The notes beneath the pieces were generated by a model that worked only from the letters and a program-made list of their open reading frames with translations, did not search any database and was not told the origin of the DNA. This document shows, one piece after another, positions 55,751 to 63,066 of a DNA stretch of 64,000 bases (the first letter of the stretch is position 1; each line of letters begins with the position of its first letter). This DNA comes from Candidatus Sumerlaeales bacterium. Its GTDB lineage: Bacteria; Sumerlaeota; Sumerlaeia; Sumerlaeales; Sumerlaeaceae. The DNA lies in NCBI GenBank assembly GCA_038243585.1, contig JBBSQY010000006.1, positions 12,840 through 76,839 of the forward strand, read 5' to 3'. A program made the translations under genes and the position numbers.

Positions 55751-56038
55751 TTACCAGTAGTAGTAACTTCCGTACTGTCCACCGCCGTTATAGCTATAGC
55801 CCAGGCCATAATACGATCCGTCTCCATGGTACGTTTCAGGAAAATAGCTGCTATTGTATGACCAATAGGGGTCATAGCGAACCCCTGTCGAATAATGGTA
55901 CGGATAACCATAATAATGGCGTACCCCGTAGGCTTGGCGAAGCTGTTCATACTGAGGGCTGAAGTATTGAGCGGACGCGGCCCCGGCAAAGCTGGACAGA
56001 ACTAACAGTACGACGATGCGGCAAGAAGTTGTGGCCAT
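55751..56038 (-). CDS. Small secreted Tyr/Gly-rich low-complexity protein
   Basis: Signal peptide MATTSCRIVVLLVLSSFAGAASA/Q, then a ~72-aa mature region with about 21 Tyr (YYGYPYHY, GSYYGLGYSYNGGGQYGSYYYW). I chose it over the overlapping same-strand ORF 55723-55989, which lacks a signal peptide. Confidence 0.5.
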   Translation of the reverse strand: MATTSCRIVVLLVLSSFAGAASAQYFSPQYEQLRQAYGVRHYYGYPYHYSTGVRYDPYWSYNSSYFPETYHGDGSYYGLGYSYNGGGQYGSYYYW

Positions 56039-56082
56039 TATAGATCCTTTAAGGTGGTAATGTGGCTAATTGAACTTCGGAA

Positions 56083-57639
56083 CTACTTCTGGCTACGCAT
56101 TCTTCGGGCCAGATTACTCACAAACGGATTGTATTGGTCATTAGCGGCCTGCGTTTCTTGACTTGCGACCGCCTGACCTGCCACCCGAACCGAAGTGCCA
56201 ATAAGAGGTCGTGCCTCAGCGTTAACTTCAGTTTCCAGAAGCGATTCTCCAAGAAAGCTAACAGCGGTAGTTGGTGATAGTCCTTTCGCGTTTTGAACAA
56301 GAACCAGTTCAGCCCTTGATATTTCTTCAATCGCCTTAAGGCTGACGGTGGCCAGTTTGCCAGATCCGCGGACTTGCGAATTGGAAGCGGAGACTTCATA
56401 AACAATAATACCTTTAGTATTATCCGCGAAATTAAAGCGGTAATAGTCAAAAGTAAAATTGTTCCTCGCCATCGCATCGCGGATATTTATACCGCGGGTT
56501 ACAACGTTTCCTGCATCGCTGTCCACAACCTGCAGAATAGTAGGATCAAACTGCAAATAAAGGCGGACGCGATCAAGGCGTTTTTCACCCGGGTTTTTTA
56601 GAAAAATATCCACATCAAATGATTCTCCAGCTCGTACCGAAGTCGAAGACGGACGCAGATCAAAAGTCACATCAAGTCCAGGCCGATCGTCGCCAGCCGA
56701 CGCAGTCGGAGACCCGATCAGTACGCCATCATCCAGTCGAGTTAAAGTAGGTTTAGTTCGCGGTCCTATGACTTGGACCATAGATTTTATTACCCCATCA
56801 GATGACCCGGGCATGGTGCCCAGCAAGTTGACGTCGTTTAAAAAAAGGCCTGTGGTATGACGATTTTCGCCAAATTCATAAGAAATTACTGCTCCGTCCG
56901 TCTGCTCCAACGCTTCCCAAACTATCGAGATCAGTTCCTTTTGAGCGAATTGTCGCGGCTCTTTCAGGGCCGCACGGACATAAATTGTTCCTTCATCCGG
57001 GTTGAACTCATAATCAATTTTGTTTTTAACATAAGGGTCGAGGGCTGAGTGATCCAACGCCAGGGGATTCAGAATATGACGAGGGTACTTAATAAGCAGA
57101 GAAACCTCATCGATTTCCCCCTCTTTTGTTTCCGCATGAATTTCCGTATTAAATCGCTCCCCAACCGATACAATGCTGTCCATTGGATGGAACAACAAGA
57201 TCGTCCGTGATTCGCTGCGGGCAGATTGTGGCGACTGAGCCGCGGGCGTTGCATCTGCCGCCTGAATGGGTGGAGTCATACGCGCGTTTTGGACAGGCCC
57301 TGTCGGAAGAGGCTGGCCGGGAACTCCCGCGACCGGAGCTGCTCCTTGTGGGTTGACGGCACCCGGCGCTCCGGGTGGCGCGCCGGGAACTACAGCCGCG
57401 GGTGCGCCTGGAGCCGCCGGTGGCTCGGTTCCCTGTTTCGCCTGCAACGCCTTCTGCTGCTCGTCCCGTCTGGCTTTACTCTCTTCGAGTATTTTTTTAA
57501 TTCGTTCCTGATGTTCCCTAATCCGTTCTTGCCGTGTTTGCTCACCACCAGGTTGTTGCGCCATAGCGCTAATCGGCTGAAAAACAAACACTAAGCTGGC
57601 AAGCATACCCCATATCACTCGCGTCGAGAACATAATCAT
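56083..57639 (-). CDS. Secreted protein: charged coiled-coil + Pro/Ala-rich linker + two cohesin-like beta domains (tentative)
   Basis: The start is set at ATG 57639 (MIMFSTRVIWGMLASLVFVFQPISAMAQ signal peptide). The longer ORF from 57807 would overlap the upstream methyltransferase gene. The domain assignment is by pattern only. Confidence 0.5.
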   Translation of the reverse strand: MIMFSTRVIWGMLASLVFVFQPISAMAQQPGGEQTRQERIREHQERIKKILEESKARRDEQQKALQAKQGTEPPAAPGAPAAVVPGAPPGAPGAVNPQGAAPVAGVPGQPLPTGPVQNARMTPPIQAADATPAAQSPQSARSESRTILLFHPMDSIVSVGERFNTEIHAETKEGEIDEVSLLIKYPRHILNPLALDHSALDPYVKNKIDYEFNPDEGTIYVRAALKEPRQFAQKELISIVWEALEQTDGAVISYEFGENRHTTGLFLNDVNLLGTMPGSSDGVIKSMVQVIGPRTKPTLTRLDDGVLIGSPTASAGDDRPGLDVTFDLRPSSTSVRAGESFDVDIFLKNPGEKRLDRVRLYLQFDPTILQVVDSDAGNVVTRGINIRDAMARNNFTFDYYRFNFADNTKGIIVYEVSASNSQVRGSGKLATVSLKAIEEISRAELVLVQNAKGLSPTTAVSFLGESLLETEVNAEARPLIGTSVRVAGQAVASQETQAANDQYNPFVSNLARRMRSQK

Positions 57640-57694
57640 TGTCCTTCCCCATCCAATACAATGCCCAATCCTGATATTAATAATATGACTGATC

Positions 57695-58294
57695 TCAACG
57701 ATTGTTTGCCAGTAAGCGATCAAAAATAATCGCGGCGGCTGCTCTGACGGATAAATGGTTAAAATCACCAGTCCCAGTAATTGGCTCCAGCACGAAATCC
57801 GCCTCAAGCATCATCTCGGGGTGAAGACCCCACCCTGTGCCAAAAAGGAGCACTATTGGCCCACCTTCATCGGCCATTATTTCTCTTAATTGTTTAAAAG
57901 TGACAGTATTGGCGTATGTGCGGGCCGATGTCACAATAAACTGGGGCTCCTGATCGCATTCGGCCAATACGTGGTCACTCATTTTCCCAACGTCGGTAAA
58001 ACATTGCGTGATACTGAGGGCATCTTTGCGATTAGAATTATACTTGGATCCCCAACCGCTTTCCCAATGCTCCAGAATTTTGGATACGAGCCAATGTTGG
58101 GCCTCCACCGGCGTAATAAGAAAATATCCATCCAGACCGTAGGTGCGGGCACTCCTGCTTATATCGTGAATGTCCAGGTTGGTAACCGATGTCGATACCA
58201 GCATGCCCTGTTTGTCAATCACAGGGTAATGAAGAAGTGCTGCGTAAATTTTGCGTGGCATGGGAGGAATTGAAATCATGCATTTTTGCACCAT
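57695..58294 (-). CDS. Predicted SAM-dependent RNA methyltransferase (SPOUT-like, Methyltrn_RNA_4-type)
   Basis: The block LLHYPVIDKQGMLVSTSVTNLDIHDISRSARTYGLDGYFLITP and the C-terminal LLFGTGWGL match my recollection of this family. Alternative ATG at 58279. Confidence 0.5.
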   Translation of the reverse strand: MVQKCMISIPPMPRKIYAALLHYPVIDKQGMLVSTSVTNLDIHDISRSARTYGLDGYFLITPVEAQHWLVSKILEHWESGWGSKYNSNRKDALSITQCFTDVGKMSDHVLAECDQEPQFIVTSARTYANTVTFKQLREIMADEGGPIVLLFGTGWGLHPEMMLEADFVLEPITGTGDFNHLSVRAAAAIIFDRLLANNR

Positions 58295-58310
58295 CAAGAT
58301 GAAAATGCAT
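58278..58310. promoter_or_regulatory. 9-bp perfect inverted repeat ATGCATTTT-N15-AAAATGCAT at the methyltransferase/XPB divergent region
   Basis: Read directly from the sequence. It spans the candidate start codons of the methyltransferase gene and lies about 165-190 nt upstream of the XPB start. Confidence 0.25.
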
Positions 58311-58471
58311 TTTTATAAGAGTTCTTAAAACGTGTGATTTTCTTCTGGACTCTTGGAAAACCCATCGTTAAATTCCCATGCTGAGTAACCGTTCAGGGTG
58401 GATAGAAACTGCATAACCTGTTATCTCTGATTCGGTGCAGGAAATATATGAGAGGTTGTTCTTAGCTAGGT

Positions 58472-60262
58472 ATGGGTTATAACCCGGAAAACCCTCTGAT
58501 TGTACAATCAGATATGTCGGTTCTATTGGAAACAATGGGCCCACATTACGAAGATGCACGCGCATTCATCAACCAGTTTGCGGAGTTGACGAAAAGTCCC
58601 GAGTATCTGCACACCTATACGATCACGCCGCTCTCCATTTGGAATGCCGCGTCTGCGGGAATTACATTGGAGGTGATTTCGGCTGGACTTGAAAAGTTCG
58701 CGAAGTACGATTTGCCGGGCAATGTTTTTACCGAGATTCGTGAGCTGCTGGGCCGTTTCGGCAGCATTCAGCTTTTAAAAAATTCAGAAACCGGGCAGCT
58801 CTACCTTAAATGCCGAGATTTGCCGGTAGCCGAAGAAGTCCTTGCCGCGCCCGCCGTCCGGGAGCATTTGGAGAAGCGTGTATCGGACTTGGAAATTCTG
58901 GTTAGTCCCGATGCCCGCGGCCGTCTTAAACATGCCCTTATTAAGCAGGGCTATCCAGTTGAAGACCTTGCTGGGTTTATTGAAGGAGATGCTCTGGAAG
59001 TTGATTTCAGAGATGTTACACTTAAAGGTCGAAAGCTTAAGATTCGGGGCTATCAACAGGAAGCCGCAGAGATGTTCTATTGCGGCGGGCGCGCCACCGG
59101 CGGCAGCGGTGTGTTAGTGCTGCCATGCGGCGCAGGGAAAACCGTCATTGGCATTGCCGCAATGACCCTGGTGAAGCAAAAAACCCTCATCCTGACAACA
59201 AACGTAACAGCCCTCCGCCAATGGATGAACGAAATCATAGACAAAACGACAATCGAAGCTAAGAACGTCGGGGAATATAGTGGCGAAAATAAAAACATCC
59301 GGGACGTCACAGTCTCTACCTATCAGATTCTAACTTATAGAGACCGTAAAACAGATCGTTTTCCTCACATGGACCTTTTTGGAGCGCACAACTGGGGCCT
59401 AATTGTCTATGACGAAGTGCATATGTTGCCTGCTCCCGTATTTCGTGCAGTCGCGGATATACAGGCGAAAAGACGACTTGGCCTAACTGCCACCTTGGTG
59501 CGCGAAGATGGCAAAGAAGACGAAGTTTTTTCCCTGATCGGCCCCAAGCGCTACGACAAGCCCTGGAAAGAACTAGAGAGCCAGGGCTGGATTGCGGAAG
59601 CTATATGTACGGAAATTCGGGTCCCCATGGATAACGATTTGAAATTGCAATACGCGGTTGCGGACCTTCGGGCAAAATATCGCCTAAGCATGGAAAACCC
59701 TGCAAAACTTACCGTAGTCCAGCAACTCCTGGATCGGCACAAAGGTGATCGCGTGCTTGTAATTGGGCAATATCTGGGGCAATTGGCCGCGATACAGGAA
59801 ATGATTAAAGCGCCAATAATCACAGGTCAGACACCGAACAATGAGCGGGACGAGATCTACGGCAAGTTTAAAACCGGAGAAATCCAAGTTCTGATTGTCT
59901 CAAAAGTAGCCAATTTCGCCATTGATTTGCCCGATGCTAACGTAGCGATCCAGGTATCCGGCACATATCGTTCAAGGCAGGAAGAGACACAGCGGCTGGG
60001 ACGGGTGCTACGCCCAAAAGCCGATGGCAGCAGCGCATGGTTCTATTCTGTGGTAACAAAAGACAGCAAAGATCAGGAGTGTGCGAAAAAACGATCCATG
60101 TTTCTCACAGAGCAGGGGTATAGGTACTGTATTCAGGTACTTAACGATGAAGACATTAACATCACTCCTGTTATTGACGTTGATCTTGATTCAAAGGAAG
60201 CTCTGCATCGAGCAGCTGAAACAACAACTGAGTCGACTCTAGTAACAATAACCGAAACGTAA
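58472..60262 (+). CDS. xpb: XPB/Ssl2/ERCC3-type SF2 DNA helicase/translocase
   Basis: N-terminal XPB-type domain (PLIVQSDMSVLLE...), Walker A LPCGAGKT, DEVH box, and motif III followed by the RED motif (TATLVREDGKE). Helicase C lobe with QRLGRVLR. Confidence 0.9.
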   Translation: MGYNPENPLIVQSDMSVLLETMGPHYEDARAFINQFAELTKSPEYLHTYTITPLSIWNAASAGITLEVISAGLEKFAKYDLPGNVFTEIRELLGRFGSIQLLKNSETGQLYLKCRDLPVAEEVLAAPAVREHLEKRVSDLEILVSPDARGRLKHALIKQGYPVEDLAGFIEGDALEVDFRDVTLKGRKLKIRGYQQEAAEMFYCGGRATGGSGVLVLPCGAGKTVIGIAAMTLVKQKTLILTTNVTALRQWMNEIIDKTTIEAKNVGEYSGENKNIRDVTVSTYQILTYRDRKTDRFPHMDLFGAHNWGLIVYDEVHMLPAPVFRAVADIQAKRRLGLTATLVREDGKEDEVFSLIGPKRYDKPWKELESQGWIAEAICTEIRVPMDNDLKLQYAVADLRAKYRLSMENPAKLTVVQQLLDRHKGDRVLVIGQYLGQLAAIQEMIKAPIITGQTPNNERDEIYGKFKTGEIQVLIVSKVANFAIDLPDANVAIQVSGTYRSRQEETQRLGRVLRPKADGSSAWFYSVVTKDSKDQECAKKRSMFLTEQGYRYCIQVLNDEDINITPVIDVDLDSKEALHRAAETTTESTLVTITET

Positions 60263-60268
60263 AGACGA

Positions 60269-63052
60269 ATGCAGACAGACAGATACGCCCTTTCCGAATC
60301 CTTAAAGCTTCGCGCCTTGCTTCGCCAGCTGCCAGACGAACAACTATCCCGTATAAGCAGAAACTGGGGATTCCGGGAAAGTGACAAAAGTGGTAGCGCG
60401 GAAAAGATTTCCGGGGAGCATTTGGCCGATTTCCTGTATCCCCGCATGAACTCCGAAACTTACTTTCAGCAGATATGGGAACGGTTAAGTGAAGAAGAGC
60501 GAGACGCACTTAAGTTTTTAGGGATTCATGGCGGAGTATTGGCCAGAGAAGAACTGAACCAGCGCGTATTTAAAGGGGCGGTGCGAACTTTTCGCAAAGC
60601 TTCAGACAGTCTCATAGACAAAGGCCTCGTTTATGAAGCTACCGAGCTTCCAGGGATGAGTCGCTCTAGCGAACAGTGGTTTTTTGTTCCAGAAGTTTTT
60701 CTTACATTTTTACAGCTGCCAATACATTGTCAGGGGTTTTTAGGCAATTTGCTGCGTCTGCTAGGGACGGAGGAACTGTCAGCACTTGCGAAGCGGGTGT
60801 TGAAGCTGGAAGATCACCAGTTGCCCTCGCCATTAGAGCTACGGTACAACGTCAGAAAGTTTCTGATAGAGCCAGATAATTTAAGAAACACTGTTGAAGA
60901 GCTGCCCGAAACGGAAAGAGAAGTTTTCGAAGCGTTGCTCGGCCGAAAAGGCCAATGTCTTTACCGGGAGCTGCTTGACGCGACAGGCGCTAGAAAAGTG
61001 GACCATAGCAAAGCCGAGTTCATCAACCAGTTGGCTCAAACAACGGGACTAGTGTTTACTGTCTCTGAAGGCCATAACAAATACATGAACTCGCTAATGG
61101 TTCCGCGGGATCTATATTACGTTATTACCCGACGCTATCAGCCAGACACTCGGTCCCTCCAACGCATCGAATCCATGGCAGGCATCCGGCGGGAGGCTCC
61201 GAAGCTGCCACCCTCGGACAACTCCGCAGACATACTCCGAGACATGGCTGTTTTTGCTGCTACAATGGATATGTTTCAGCCAAAAAAACTTACAACCGGC
61301 GGTATCAACAAGGCTGATTTAAAAAAGATGGCCACGATCTTTCCTTTAAGTAAGCAGGCGAGATATTCTACTTTTTTGTCCACATATCTAATCAACTCTG
61401 ATAGCTTTGTAGATATTCAAGGGGCCTGGCGGGCATCGGAAAAGCTGCCGGCTCAACTTAGTAGTCCCGAGCAGACGTTCCTTTTTCTTTTTCAGTGGTG
61501 GTTGAAAACAACCACTTGGAATGAGTTTTTTATCGATGGGGTTGCGCCAGCAGGTGATCGGCCTCCGCAGCTATGGACAAACGTTGTTGAACTGCGCCAG
61601 GTAATTCTGAGCGCTTTGCATCAAGTTCAAAAAGACAGATGGGTCAGCTACTCCAATTTTTGGGAAACAGTTGTCCCTCTTCTGGATTCGCGACTTCCCA
61701 AAGGCAGCGGCGGCGGTGGCTACGGTGGAATTCTCTCCGTAAAAGACGCGGTCGGCGTTATTATACGGGAATCCCTGTTTTTTCTGGGAGTCACAGTCAT
61801 CGCCAATACGAACCCTGACGATGATGCGGCTGCCAAATCACGCTCCGTTGTAAAGGCAAAGGGTAAAGAGCCGGTAAACGAGCCGCCCGCGGATTTTCAA
61901 TTCAAGCTTTCCCCTATGGGTCGCAAGCTTGCTGGGTCTGATGCAATTAATCTCACTTTCAATATCGAAAGTGAAGACAATCCCGTAGTCGGAAGTTTTC
62001 AGCAAGGAGCACAATGGATCATCGTACAACCAAACCTCGAAATTGTGGCGCCGCGTGATCTGGGTTTAGACTCGGTTTTCCAACTCGCGCGTTTATGTAA
62101 GGTAAAGAACATCGATGTAATGACCACCCTAGAACTGAGTCGGGAAAGCTTGCGACCTGTTCTCGATCGCGGCGCTGATACTGAAAGCATTTTGCAATTT
62201 CTGACCGGCTTGAGCAGAATGGAAATGCCTCCAGGCATCGCACAATTAATAGAAGATTGCAGCAACAAGCACGGAGAAATCAGACTCGGCAGCAGCAGTG
62301 GGTATATTATTGCGGAAAACAATACCGTTCTGGAATCGATATGGCGACATCCCAAGCTTACGCCGTTTATTAAAGAAAGATATGGCGACAATGTCCTGTT
62401 GCTGGCAAGCGAAACAGACCTCAACAAAGTGGCAAAGGAGCTCCGCAGCCATGGTCACAGTCCGCAAATGGAAACCGGCGCAGTTCACGCAAACCATGAC
62501 AATCGCTTCCATCTGGCTCTAACGGAAATAGAAATGCAGGACGTCATAGCTGCCGTTCGCTTTCTATCCTACGTGGAAAAAGTTCTTGAGGCAGATCTTA
62601 CAGACGGGCGTGCCGCAACCATGGCCCACCGGCTACAGCCTGATTCAACCGGCTTTCTAGTAAGTGGGACTGGAGTTGAAACTCGGTCCCGTCAGTTATT
62701 CCGGCGTTTCGAAGCGGCATTTAACAAACACGACGAGGACATTGTCGAAAAATATAAAACTCAGGTTTCTAAACTCGTATCCCGATCTACAACATCCCGG
62801 GGGCCTAGTAAATATCAGTATAAGGGATCAAATCCCGCGGTTGATAAGGAAGACATTGAGCAGCTTATCGTTTTTGCGCAAGAGTATGAGCTGGAAGTTG
62901 AACTGCTCTATCTGAAGCAAAGCGAACAGGAAACTCGCGTAGTAGTCTTGCCCCGGGGTGTCGAAGGGGAGCGCATCTACGCCCATAACAGCGTGACCGA
63001 CACTGATGCGGTTTACTCCCTTAACAGGATTTTGCGCGCCAGGCTCCTGTAA
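60269..63052 (+). CDS. XPB-associated 927-aa protein: repeated winged-helix-like modules + XPB-N-terminal-like domain + small C-terminal beta-rich domain; function unknown
   Basis: It starts 6 nt after the xpb stop. Internal repeat: LSEEERDALKFLGIHGGVLAREEL versus LPETEREVFEALLGRKGQCLYRELL. Residues ~583-732 align by eye with XPB residues ~8-163. I recognised no catalytic motif. Confidence 0.7.
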   Translation: MQTDRYALSESLKLRALLRQLPDEQLSRISRNWGFRESDKSGSAEKISGEHLADFLYPRMNSETYFQQIWERLSEEERDALKFLGIHGGVLAREELNQRVFKGAVRTFRKASDSLIDKGLVYEATELPGMSRSSEQWFFVPEVFLTFLQLPIHCQGFLGNLLRLLGTEELSALAKRVLKLEDHQLPSPLELRYNVRKFLIEPDNLRNTVEELPETEREVFEALLGRKGQCLYRELLDATGARKVDHSKAEFINQLAQTTGLVFTVSEGHNKYMNSLMVPRDLYYVITRRYQPDTRSLQRIESMAGIRREAPKLPPSDNSADILRDMAVFAATMDMFQPKKLTTGGINKADLKKMATIFPLSKQARYSTFLSTYLINSDSFVDIQGAWRASEKLPAQLSSPEQTFLFLFQWWLKTTTWNEFFIDGVAPAGDRPPQLWTNVVELRQVILSALHQVQKDRWVSYSNFWETVVPLLDSRLPKGSGGGGYGGILSVKDAVGVIIRESLFFLGVTVIANTNPDDDAAAKSRSVVKAKGKEPVNEPPADFQFKLSPMGRKLAGSDAINLTFNIESEDNPVVGSFQQGAQWIIVQPNLEIVAPRDLGLDSVFQLARLCKVKNIDVMTTLELSRESLRPVLDRGADTESILQFLTGLSRMEMPPGIAQLIEDCSNKHGEIRLGSSSGYIIAENNTVLESIWRHPKLTPFIKERYGDNVLLLASETDLNKVAKELRSHGHSPQMETGAVHANHDNRFHLALTEIEMQDVIAAVRFLSYVEKVLEADLTDGRAATMAHRLQPDSTGFLVSGTGVETRSRQLFRRFEAAFNKHDEDIVEKYKTQVSKLVSRSTTSRGPSKYQYKGSNPAVDKEDIEQLIVFAQEYELEVELLYLKQSEQETRVVVLPRGVEGERIYAHNSVTDTDAVYSLNRILRARLL

Positions 63053-63066
63053 GGAGGAGGTGACAA

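Noticed and set aside
55723-55989. 88-aa ORF in another frame on the same strand as the Tyr-rich protein gene
   Set aside because: It overlaps almost completely with the 95-aa ORF, which has a clear signal peptide. It lacks any targeting signal or motif. The choice remains tentative.
57640-57807. Longer N-terminus for the coiled-coil secreted protein, overlapping the methyltransferase gene by 113 nt
   Set aside because: The internal ATG at 57639 yields a canonical signal peptide and removes the overlap. The extension has no features.
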